Shown here one piece after another: positions 27,601-38,807 of a stretch of 64,000 nucleotides of DNA. Each line of letters opens with the position of its first letter. Position 1 is the stretch's first letter. This DNA is from Protoeuglena noctilucae (taxonomy: Eukaryota), in contig OY253681.1 in NCBI GenBank assembly GCA_958009085.1, positions 186,001 through 250,000 on the forward strand. Reading direction: 5' to 3'. The notes under the pieces were generated by a model. It did no database searches. It saw only the letters and a list, made by a program, of their open reading frames with translations, and was not told the DNA's origin. A program made the translations under genes and the position numbers.

Positions 27601-28075
27601 TGCAGCTGCGTCAGTCCCTCAAACAGGTCCTCCGCAATCGTCAGGAAGAGGTCCAGCGGCACGCCGTTCGGGAATTTCGTGCGAATCAGCTCCTCCAATG
27701 AGGAAACCATGAGAGGCATGACAATATACAAATTCGCCCCGTGCCGGCTGAATCCAAACACCCTGCGTCGAGAGGCAGCACCTCAGGAGGCGATAGGCGA
27801 GACTCCGGCCCGGCGCGCCCGCACAGCGCCACGCCCATCCATCGCACACTCACGGCAGCCGCTGCGGCGCATCCGGCTCACCGGCAGACCCTGTCGCAGC
27901 GCATCGCCGCCGTCATCATGCGCACGAGCTCCTGGCGGCCATCATCCCCCGAGTTCAGCCGCTTCACAGCGACGGGCCCCCCATTCCAGTCCCCCCGAAA
28001 GACCTGGCCCTGACCGCCGGACCCTATCACTTCAAACAGTTTAAGGTCCTTAAAGGGGATTTCCGCCGCGTCCAT
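24662..28075 (-). CDS. Multidomain protein: TKL/KEG-like kinase, degenerate RING-like Cys/His region, right-handed parallel beta-helix
   Basis: GSGGQGQV, VAVK, HCDVKPAN, DLG, GTDSYMAPE; then C-x2-H...C...H-x2-C-x2-C. Introns near 26565-26469 and 26014-25892 join in frame to ORF 24662..25945, which carries repeated G(V/I)x(V/A)xxxG.x.l.xcxI beta-helix units. Confidence 0.75.
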
Positions 28076-28387
28076 CTTCACGCGTCGGCGGGGAACGGGC
28101 CCATAGCACAGTGTCAAGGACCCCAATCGTGAGCAGGAATGGGATGCATGTGTGGAATGGGCAGGGGTTGCGGCTCGATGGCGCGAATGGCGTCCAGACG
28201 GCCAGCAGCACTGGTCAGACAGGTGCCGTGACCGACAGTGTTTAAGGTTTCTACCCTGTGGCTAGCCTTGCGGATGCCCTGTGGACTGACAGAGTATTCA
28301 CAAGTAAGCAGCTATCAAGTCTTCACCCGCTTTCACTGAATCCAGTCGACTCTGAGAGCGTGGGAGCAGCCAGAGCCCCCGGACGTG

Positions 28388-31300
28388 TCAAACGCCCTTC
28401 TTCTTCTTAGCCTTGAGCTTCGCCACCATGCCCTTGAGCTCTAGTTTCTCCAGGGCACTCGCGGAGTGCTGCGGCTTGGCCGGCTCGGCAGCCTTCGGAC
28501 GGTGCTGCTGCTGGCTCCGGCGCCGGGCGGCCTGCGAGTGGCGATACCGTCGGCATGTTTGCCACTCAGGGCCCCGCGGCCGTTTGTCAGCGACAACCTC
28601 AACGTGCTCACCTCCTCGGCGAGCGCCTTGGCCCCGAGGGACTGCTTGAAGCGCGGGTCGGTCGGGTCGAGGGCATAGTCATGGTCCCCAAACAGGCGCG
28701 CGAAGCGGGGGTCGTCGAGGTTGGCGCGGAAGGACCCTGCGTCCTCCTCGTCGCTCTGGTTCTCCTCCCGGAGCCGCTTCTTGCTCTGCGGGCCCGGCCA
28801 CCCGTTGCAGCTTCCCGCAGCGCACCTCCGCTGCCGCACCTCCCTGCCCGCGCCCGCGCCCGCGACGCACCTTCCATTCCTTCCTCCGCTCCTTCTTCGT
28901 CTTGCTCTTCCCGACATCCCCATCGGTAGCCGCCCCTCTCTTCTCCTGGCCCTTGTACTTGCTCAGGACATCCGCGCTGGTCTTACCGGACGCTGCGGGC
29001 ACGCGTGGCGGGCGAATGACCGATGACACAGTCACATCTGCTAATATCATCAATGCCTGAACACGCCACGCGACCTTACCGACCGCCCGCAGCTCCCCGT
29101 CGTCCATCATCAGCAACTCGAGCTCCGCCTTGCGCCTCGCCACCTCCGCCCCATCCACCCCCGCCCCCTCGCCCTCCACGCTCCCCTCCCGATCCCCCTT
29201 CTCCCCTCTCCTCCCCTTCCTCTTCCCCTTCCCACGCTTCTCCCCGGCACCCCGCCCCTCCTCGCCCCCCACCTCCGCCGCCATCGCGGCCTCCATGTCC
29301 CCCTCCGCGCCCTCCGCGAAGAAAGGGTCGCTGAACGGGTCCGCCCCCTCCGTCGCCGCCCGCTCCAGCCCGCCGTCGTCCCCGCTCACCGACCCTCCCC
29401 CGTCCGTGTCGGCGTCAGAGTCGTCCATTCGCATCGCCTGCCTCCGCTTCTCTCGCTTCTTCTCCTTCTTCTTTCTCAGATACTGCTCCCACACCGTCTC
29501 CTCCCCCGCACCCTTCCGCTCCTTCAGCCGCTTCCCCAGACTCTCCAGCCCCCCGGCAAACGTCACCGTCATGTCCCCTCGCTCCCCGCCGCCGCCCCAG
29601 TTGGCGCGGCCCGAGCGCGGGGCGGCCTCCGCGCCCTCGCCCAGCAGCAGCGCACGGTATTTCTGCGGGACAAAGCGGTGGGTGTGGAGCGACCGGGCGC
29701 CGAGCATTGCCCAGGTGAGCTCACAGCAGAGGGCGGCACAGTCAGTGTGGGCGGTGTGGGCTGAGAAAGTGACGCTTATAAACCGATCGAAGAAGCGGCA
29801 AAGCAACGGGTAAGAAGGCATGGCATGGCATGGCTGTGTGCCCGCGCCCCCACACCCGCACCCACCTCTGCGTCGGTCCTCGTGTCTGGCTCTCCCTCCT
29901 CCGCCGCAGCTGGCTCCTCTTCATCGGACCCTGTATTGCAAGCAAGCAGAGAGTCACGCTTGCTGCGCTGCGCTGCTCGGATGCATTGCTTTGTGTGCGA
30001 GTACACAGTGGTGGCCTGCGCAACGAGCCCCCTACACACCGCCACGTCTGCCACCCACGCCCGGCCCTGCCCGCTCACCCGACGCGAGATAGACGCGGAA
30101 ATCGTCCTCGCGGATGTCCTCCTCAGTCAACTTCTTGGTCAGCACCCGCCGGCGCTCGTGACTGTCTTCGTCCCAGGTCAGCTTGGCGTGCGTGGTGTTT
30201 AAATTCTGGCGCAACTGGGGCGGGCGGTAGTCCGCCGGGACGCCCGTCGCCTCGTCGCGGACCGTGCGGCCACCGAAGTCCTCGGAATCGGGGACAAAGC
30301 GAAGGTCGAGCACGTTGCCTGCGACGGGCGGTCGGGCAGGTGGGCGGGGTGAGAAGAACCGGGGAAGTACCGAAGGGTGGTATGGATGAAATAGTAAGGG
30401 GCAGTTGAACAGGGAATGGACTGGGCGAGCATCAGCGGGTATGGGACGGGCGGGTGTCATGGGGCAAGACGAGGCGCATGGGGGAATGTCAGTGTCAACC
30501 AAGCGCACACGGCCCGTGATTCGCGACTCACCCGACAGCTCAAACTCCATGCCGTCGCACTCCTGGTAGCAATGGAGCGCCGTGGCTGCGCTGTCGAACT
30601 CCGCCACTGCGTAGTACCACCGCATCTTCGACCTTTCGTAAGCCCTCAATCGCTCGTTGAGTGCCTCCTCCACCTCCCGGCGCTTGGAGAGCGGCAGCGA
30701 TGCCATCTCGTCCGCTTCTGCACCTGCACCACCATTCCTTGAGGACGCCCCTGTATCGGCCCCCGCCCCGACACCCCTGTGCCCTCCCTCGCTCCCCTCG
30801 CTCCCTCCCTCGCTGTCCTCCTCATCGCTGTCCCCGTTACTCCCCAAGCCATCGCTTCCCCTGTCCCCATCACTTTCCTCGCCCAGGCCATCACTGCCAC
30901 TCGGACCCTCGTCATCGCTCCCGCCTTCACTCCCCGTCTCCTCATCGTCGCTCAGCGTCGCCGCCGCCGCCCGCATCGCCGCCTGCGCCGCCTCCACCTC
31001 CCGCATGTCCTCTGCCACCCGCCGCTCCACGTCCCAGATGCCCTGCGAGGGGTCACCCCAGAGGTCACGCCAGAGGGCGAGTGAAGCGTCGATCGCAGGC
31101 AACGACGCGAGCACGAGCGGTGTCGGAGAGCTCGTTGAGTGAAAGGTGCAGGTGATAAGGGTGTACCATAGTACAAACAGCACACACCGATTCGTTGCAT
31201 GGTTCACCCACCCCTTGGTCATGACTCCCACCCTGGCCGCACCTGGGGTCCCTTGGCTCTCTCCGCCTCCATCCTCTCCATTCCATAGTCGGACAGGTAC

Positions 31301-32836
31301 ACCCGGACGGATCGCAGGGTGCCCCTGGATGGCACATTGGAGGCCAGGACCGCAAACACATCGACCGCTCGCACCCGCGACCAATCCAAGTCCACCACGG
31401 CCAGCCTGCGATGATGCGGTGCACGTCGTCAGTCCGATCGAACTGATATAAAGCATGCATGCTCGGTATCTCTGCCCGGGGCCAAGAAACCAGGACTTGC
31501 AACATTCCCGGCCCATTGCATCGCCCCAGCCACGGGCGACCTAATGAGTGTTGGCCATCCATCCAAGCCGCCCATACCGCTTCACCCAACACAATCCCCA
31601 ATCCCCACCTTCCATGTCTACCTCCACTCAAATTCACCCTCACCTGGGCGTCTCCTCAGCCTCGGGCACCGCCTCCCGTCCCTTGTCGATCGCGTCCCAC
31701 CCCGCGCCCCACACCGCCCGTCCCCCCAGCATCGCCTCGTACTCCTTCTCGTCCATCTCCTCGCCGTAGTCCGATCCCTCACCGTCCCCCACTCCCGCAC
31801 GAGTACCTGTACCCACCGCGCCGCGCCTGTCGTACGCCTCGTCGTCACTCGACGACGACGAGGAGGATGAAGAGCCCGCGAGCCCACGCATCCGCGCCCA
31901 CCGCAGGTGCGCCTCTTCCTCCGCCTCCTCCACCGCCCGCCGAGCCGCCGCCTCCTCTGATGGCGCCATCGCCGCCCTCGCGGCACGCGCGGCCTTGCGT
32001 CCGCCTTTGGCACCTCCCCGGCCCCCCTCCCGCCCGCGCGCAGTCCCCTCCTCGTTTCCGCTCACCCCTCGGGCATCCTGCCCCGCCTCGGCACCCCGAC
32101 CACTCGCCCGCTCCCCACCGCCACGCCCACCACGCTCCTCGCCCTCGTCTCCCGACGGGGAAGGCGACGCGAGTGCCCGGTCCTTGGGCCCCTCCCCTTC
32201 GTCGTCCTCGCCCTGCAACCTGCGCAGGGATGCGTGCGGGTGGTTCAAGCTCGACCTATCTGAGACGCGGCATGCCATGTACAATGTGGGGCAAGCGTCA
32301 TGCATGTCACCCTCTCACCCCCCTTACCGGTAGTAGCGGCGAAGGTTCTCTCCCTTCTTGCGGTCGGCCTTCTTGCCGCGCTTGTCGACGGCCACGCGAG
32401 ACTGGAACCGCTCGTCCTCAAACCTGCTTGACAAGCAAAGACGCAAAACCGATTCGCAATGCGGCACCGGCACGTGCCGCGTGGTTCCGCGAAAGAGAGT
32501 CGCGGACCTGGCGCTTGCGAAAAACGGATTCGAATCAATGCAGCCACTCACATGGCTTTGAACCTGTCGTCAATCTCCACCTTGCGGCTCTTGGCTGGCA
32601 TCCTTGCGAAGCGTGGGTCCGAGTGCATGGACTGGAAGCGCGCATCTGCATCGGGCCAGGCGCGCGGGTGGTGAGATGAAAAGCAAAGCAGGGCGCGGAA
32701 ACAGCTCGTGCCCGGAGGCACAGGGCGGCGCATGGCGGGGCGGGCAGCCGGGACAGCAAGGGCACGCACCGTCCGTGACGAACGCCGGCCCTTTGGGGCG
32801 ACCGGAGCCTCTCCTTCCTGACTTATCGCCACCCAT
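28388..32836 (-). CDS. ESF1: Pre-rRNA processing protein ESF1 (NUC153 domain)
   Basis: DARFQSMHSDPRF...KVEIDDRF, VDKRG, ETPR, LRAYERSKMRWYYAVAEFDS...CDGMEFE, LDLRFVPD, LTWDED, DDPRFARLF...YALDPTDPRFK. Confidence 0.95.
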
Positions 32837-33356
32837 CTTGGCGAACCTGTCCACGGTATCTCGCGACGGCGGCCTGCGACGGCGCAGGAGTCTGCAGTGC
32901 TGCTGCCCAGCCTCCGCTACAGAAGCGGGGACGCAAACGCGCAGCCACATCTTCCCAGCATGCGCTATAATGTGGTTGCCCTGCTCATGCATCTCGGCGC
33001 TGCGGCGTGCAAGCGCCCCGGCGGCGGCGGCACCTGTGACGCCACAGAGTGTTGACGCCAGCGTAGACGGTACAGAGAGATTAAGGGCTTCCAGTCGCTA
33101 CCGGCGCTAACCGTACAGTGCCTGTACGGTATATCACCCGTAATGGCTGTCATTCTCGCCTCCGCCATCCGCGACAGACACAGGGCCTCCCCCAGCTGTT
33201 GGGGCATCAACCGCGGGGCTCCGGCCCGGCTCAGCGCACATCTCGCGAGTTGTTGGATGCGAGCCTGAGCCATCGGTCGCGAGAGCGCGAGCGGAATGAG
33301 CCTCGAGCACTGCTGAGACAAGTCTCCCGGCTCGCCGTCTGTGCGTCCGCGCCGTT

Positions 33357-33398
33357 CCGGGGTCGTTGGGGCCGAGTCCGGGGTCGTTGGGGCCGAGT
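33357..33398. repeat. Two-copy 21-bp tandem repeat upstream of the F-box-ankyrin gene
   Basis: ccggggtcgttggggccgagt x2. Confidence 0.8.
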
Positions 33399-33535
33399 GC
33401 AGGACACGTGAATGGAACCTGCGACTGCTTTGCAGGACGTGGCCGGACGGGAGGCCTCCGACGCCGCGCCTGTGCTGGTTGAGTGTGCCTACACAGTCGT
33501 AACGGTGCGCGGCCGGCGTGTCCGCAGACGAGGCC

Positions 33536-35159
33536 ATGATTTCGGACGGTGAGAAGGACAAGCGAGCGTCGAGGACCAGCCGGAGGGACCCGCTCGTGGG
33601 TGAGGCGCTGCAGCGACGCCGTCCGCACTTACATTGCTGGCAGGGGTGGGACGGCACCCCACATCGGCCGGTCGCTCTCGCAGGGTGGGACGACCTGCCC
33701 GGGGATCTGCATCGCGAGATCCTGCGGCTGGTGCCCCTGAGCGACGCGACAGCGGCGCGGGCGGTGTCGCGGGAGATGCGCGACGAGGTGGACGAGGTGT
33801 GGAGAGCGTGGGGCATCCGGGCCACGAAGGGGGGCGGGCGAAACGCTATTTGCGAGCGTCTGCACGATCGCAGAAAGATGACGGAGCTTGACTTCGGTCC
33901 GCTGGTGGTGCACGCATGAGGGGCCCCACGCGCACCACCTGGCGAGCCTGGGGCTGTGGTGGCTGGTGGTGCTGGTGACGGAGGCGCCGTACATCGACTG
34001 CATACCGTGGAGCGCCCGTAAGGATTGGGACATCGACCAGTCGCCGCTGATGGTGGCGGTTCGGGCGCGGCGGCCAGTGGGGCGGGGGCCGGACGGCAAG
34101 GTGGAGTGGGCGTACGCGCTGGGGCACACGGAGGTGGCGCGATTGGTGCGGGCAGCGGTGGCGATGGGGGCGGACGTCAACCGGCGGCTGCACGGAGCAT
34201 GGCCGCTGATGACGTACTGCGCGGCGCGGGGCTGCTTGGAGGCGGTCAAGGCGTGCCTGGCAGCGGGGGCGGAAGAGGATGCGCGTGATAACGCTCTCCA
34301 TGACTGGCAAACGGCGTTGGTGCACGCCGGCTATGGGGGTCACGAGGCGGTAATGGAGGCGCTGCTGGAGGCCGGGGCTTCGGCCAAGGTGGGATGTCGT
34401 GATCGTCCCGGCGACGATCAGACGTTGCCATGGGTGTGCGGTGGTCAGCCGACACCGGGCATCGTGAGGCGGCTGGCGGAGGCAGGGGCAGACGTGAACG
34501 CCCGTGGCATGCACCGGTTCACGGCCCTCCATCAAGCGGCACGTGAAGGCAATCTGGCCGTGTTGGAGGCCCTGGCAGACCTGGGGGCGGATATGGCCGC
34601 CGTAGACCTGCCTCTCCATACCGCAATGCATTACGCGGCAAATGGGGAGGTCGTGCGGTGGCTCGTGGCGCATGGGTTGAGCGTCCAGGGCAACAGGGAC
34701 AACGACCCTCCACTCCAGCGTGCGTGCGTTGATGGCCGCGTCGATGCCGTCCGCGCACTGATCGAGCTGGGCGCGGACGTCCATTACCTCAACATGAAGC
34801 GGAACACGTCGCTCCACTTTGCTGTTGCGACAGAAAGTAGTGGGGAAACGGCCGCAAAGATCACGCGGCTTTTGCTGGCATCGGGAGCGGACGTCAGCGC
34901 TGTCAATGCGCGTGGCTGGACGCCCCTATGCATGGCAGGGCACGCCGTGTGCGTGGACCTCCTGCTGGATGCCGGGGCAGATTTGGAGGCACGGGACAGG
35001 GAGGGCAGGACGCCGATCTGCATCGCTTCAAGCTTAGCGGAACCCGCGGACGAGGTGGTGCAGCGGATGGCTGACCGCGGCGCGGACCTGGTCAACACGG
35101 GTGGGGTGCTAGGGCACGAGGAGCTCGACGATGGGGAGGCTTTGGAGTGGCTCTTGTAA
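33536..35159 (+). pseudogene. Intronless F-box + ankyrin-repeat gene with an apparent frameshift (pseudogene or assembly error)
   Basis: F-box-like WDDLPGDLHREILRLVPLSDATAARAVSREMR in an ORF ending at 33919. Overlapping ORF 33888..35159 has multiple ankyrin repeats (TALHQAAREGNLAVLEALADLGAD, TSLHFAV, GWTPLCMA, GRTPICIA). Confidence 0.7.
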
Positions 35160-35596
35160 CCAGAGCCAGCCCAGCTGACCAAGGGAGCCAGGTGGGACAC
35201 GACAGGTGAGGAGCACGCAGTGACAGCCGTCATGGTGCACATGGCCGCAAGCGGCAGCCGGGAGCGACCCCACTGACTCACGCCCCGTGTCCCACCTGTG
35301 TCCCTGTGGTTGCGCAGGAACGGAGCCCGGAGGCGCATGGGAGTTGAGGCGGGAAGGTCGCATGCAGGAGGGCCAGCACGGTCTTGCAGGCAGCCCAGCT
35401 TCCCGCAACGGGCCCCACGAGAGATAGGGAGCGGCCCAGACACGCACTGACATTGCATTGATGCGTCTGGCAGGAGACTGGCGCGTCGGCCCCAGTGGAG
35501 CCGCTCTGCCGCACCTTTCCCGACTTTGCCGCTTCGCATCGGCTTATTTGAAACAGAAGTGACTCCTTGTGGACCATTGGCGCCTCGTCGGCCCTC

Positions 35597-36542
35597 ATGG
35601 CCGCCTGCTCGACCGTAGCCGTGCCGCGGTGCTGCTGTCACCCGCTGCCGCGCCCGCACGTGCGATTGGCCTACGCAGATGCTCACGGTCGCTGCGCGTG
35701 GTCTCGATGTCGGTCAGAGAGCCGGAATAATTGCGGAAGGAGGCCCCTCCGGCATATGATCGCGTTTAGCGCGTCGAGCCGTGGCGAGGCAGCCGCTCCC
35801 CGGAAAGTGGGCCTGGACGACGATGACCTCTTCTTCAGGATGGCTCGTGTTGAGGATTTGAATCGCATCGTGGCGCTGGAGGAGGCAGGGTACCCCGAGG
35901 ACGAGGCAGCAAGCCCGCAGAAGATGGACTTCCGGGTCCGCAATGCACCGGGTCTTTTCATGTGCTGCGTGACGCGTAACGACGACATGGACGAGGACGT
36001 CATCGTCGGCTATGTGTGCGGGACGCTGACACGAGCGGAGACGCTTACGCATGGTGAGAGCGAGATGGACATTCACACGTGCATCGGCAGCATACTCTTC
36101 ACTAAGCGGCCGCCTGGTTCGTCGTCGCAGACTCGATGAGCACCCACAACCCAGAGGGCTCCACGCTGTGCATCCACTCGGTCTGCGTCGACGAGGGTTT
36201 CCGCCGAAGGGGCGTGGCGCTGCGGTCCCTCATCGCGTACGTCGACTTTGTCCGGTGAGACTAGCTTAGCTCAGGCGTGCGTACCTCAGCCGCGCTCGCC
36301 GCGCAGGCCTCACACCCCAGACCGGCGCGTCCCGCCGCAGGGAGACGACGCCGCACGTGCGGTGGATGCGGCTGATATGCAAGGAGCCCCTGGTACCCCT
36401 GTACCGCAAAGCTCGCTTCGAGGTCGTTGGCCCCTCCCCGGTCGTGCACGGATCGGACCCGTGGATCGAGATGGCTCTCCGTGTGCGGTCTCGGGAAGAA
36501 GAGGAGACGCTCGACCGCAAGAGGCGCAGCTGGTACTTTTGA
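35597..36542 (+). CDS. GNAT acetyltransferase, arylalkylamine/polyamine N-acetyltransferase (AANAT/PAA1-like)
   Basis: LEEAGYPEDEAAS, GYVCGT, SMSTHNPEGSTLCIHSVCVDEGFRRRGVA, LICKEPLVPLY, GPSPVVHGSDPWIEM; two GT-AG introns. Confidence 0.88.
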
Positions 36543-36567
36543 ACGAGTATATGAGGGCACTGTATTC

Positions 36568-37832
36568 CTAACAACGCTTCATCCACCGTGTAACGCTAGA
36601 GCGCGACGGTACAGGGTGGCGACCTGCGGGGCAGAGGCAGCGTGCAGCGGTGTCAGCTGCAGAGTGATGCAAGGCATCTGGACCTGCCAAGCCCATGGCC
36701 CGTGGGCGTCCATCGCAATCAGCGCTGCGCTTTCTCGCCTCTGCCGCCATCGGGGCCATCCGCGCGACGCCCTGGAAGTGCAGCAGCCGGAAGCGGAGGT
36801 ACGCGTGCAGAACGGTGGGGTCGGTCCGCAGGGCCTCGTGGGGCGGGGCATGCAGCACCGCGCCCAGATGCACGTCGGCCAGCGACGCGCCGGCGGATAA
36901 CGCGGCCGACGGCGCGGCTGCGAGGTCCCCGGCCGATGCCGCCATCGACCCCGTAACTCCCCTGTCAGCAGGGTCTCTCGTCCCATGCAGACTGCCCTGG
37001 TCCCCGATCACAGGCACGGTGCGCAGAGGACTTGCTCTCTGTCCGCCTGGCGTGTCCTGGGCGTCCAACACTCCCTCGGCCCAGGCGTGCGCGCGGCAAA
37101 ACACGAGCACGTTCGACAGCCTCCCCCGCTCGCTGACGAGCGTTTCAGAGGCGACACGCCATCCCGCCAGCCGCAACTGCGCACGGAGCGCGTGCCAGCC
37201 GTCCCCCTGCGGCTGCACCACGAGCGTGTGGATGCCACCCGCCCACCGCAGCGGCGCGGGGGCGTGGCCTGGCCGAAGGATCGCCCAGATGCTCGCGGCG
37301 CCCATGCCGGCCACGACAGCCACGTTAGCGCCGTCCGAAGTTTGCAGGGCCTTTAACCCGTCCCCCTGACGCACGTCCCATGGGAGGCTCTCTCCACAGC
37401 AGCGTGCCTGGGAGTATGCCCTTGCCTCAGCAATGGCGTCGGCGCTGCGGTCGACTGCGACGGCCCAGGCAGCCTTGCCTGAGGGAGTGCAGAGGTGGTG
37501 TGAGGTCCTACCAGGCGGCTGGCTTGCATCAGGCATGCAGGCGGCAGGCGAAAGGCCAACGCATGCATGCGGTGTGGCTCACCTGACGCCGCCAGGGCGA
37601 AGGCGACCCTCCCATGCCCGCAGCCCAGGTCAGCCACGCGGGCACCGTCTGGAACGGCGTCGAAAATGGCCTGGAGGCGGCCGCTCCAGTCTCCCACAGG
37701 GACGCACGGCGGGCAACGGTGCCGCCACGTCAATGGGCTCGGCGGGCCCTGCCAGCGAAAACCTCTCTTCGTGACCAGCAGCAGCCACGCGGACGAACGC
37801 GGACGGCATCGGCAGGAACGTCTCAGTGCCAT
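36568..37832 (-). CDS. trmK: TrmK-like tRNA (adenine22-N1) methyltransferase with N-terminal extension
   Basis: SGRLQAIFDAVPDGARVADLGCGHG / AVD / VRQGDGLKAL / VVAGMGAASIWAIL / LVVQPQ / LRAQL...GWRVASETLVSERGR is the TrmK motif series. One GT-AG intron near 37582-37480. C-terminal extent uncertain. Confidence 0.8.
36588..36592 (+). terminator. Putative TGTAA poly(A) signal of the GNAT gene
   Basis: TGTAA about 45 nt after the stop at 36542; position approximate to within 1 nt. Confidence 0.4.
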
Positions 37833-38807
37833 TACAGCCCTTAATCCGTTCCTGTTCCGCCAGTCTCTCTAGTCAGGCCCGCTGGGGAAGCGGGCGTCCA
37901 CCAGGGGCTGCGCCTCAAGGTCCCTTGTCGAGTCCGTCCGCCGCGGAATGGCCGCCGACGAGCCCGTGAAGAGGCTGGCGGTGCCAAGAGCGCAGGACCT
38001 GGCCGAGTTGAGCATCCACGACCCCAGGGCACGAAGGAGGCTCCTCGTATGGCCTAACCAGGTCCCGTTGACTAGCTCGGGGGCAAAGTACTGCGTGGAA
38101 AGCGCGTCGACTCCTCGTGGAAAGCGCGGCGAGCAAACGGGGGCTTGAAAGCGCCTTCAGCAGCTGCGCGCGCACCAGGCAAGTCGAGCATGACTCTGCG
38201 CAGGAGGCCCAGTCGATTGCCAGTCTCCCACAGCACTCGTGCAGCACCACTCCTGCGGACAGTGCAGCTGCGGGGTCGCCGGACGCACGCCCTTACTACA
38301 AGCCGGCCTCCCAAGACATCAGCAAGCTTTTGCGCACCTGAGTCGCAGAGGACGCTGGACAAAAACGCCACCACCTCGTCAAGCATGGAGCATCACATAG
38401 AATTTGCTTTTGCTGTCATAAAGGACGCCGACCCTTCCAGCAAGCTTTGGTTAGGATAGGATGCAGCGCCTGCTTTCAGGCTAGCAACGGCAGACTGGTT
38501 CTGCGTGAATCGGGCTCGACGATGTCGGCTTCGCAGGCATACGTCAGGCGTGCCGACCGCACGCCAGTGCTGCGGCCCATCTTCGAGTCCGCCGCGCTTT
38601 GCGCTTCAGCAGTAAATTGTGACCACATTCACCTTCCCGGCGAGCCATACCAAGCATCCAATTAGCGCCACGCTTTCAAACGAGCCTGGTCTCAAGCTTA
38701 AATCTTCTGTGCCGCCCCGCGCGAGGCAGGAGCCCGTTCCGCTGCTCCCGCGCACACCTTAGGTTGACGTTGAGTAGAACCAGAGCTTGAGGGGGAGGCG
38801 CGGCGAC

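Noticed and set aside
29100..32210. Strongly pyrimidine-skewed low-complexity tracts on the + strand
   Set aside because: They are explained by the acidic and Gly/Glu/Lys-rich regions of ESF1 encoded on the minus strand.
37948..38665. Short + strand ORFs divergent from TrmK (MAADEPVKRL...)
   Set aside because: I could not build a consistent spliced model or recognise a family. This may be a small gene or UTR, but it is unsupported.
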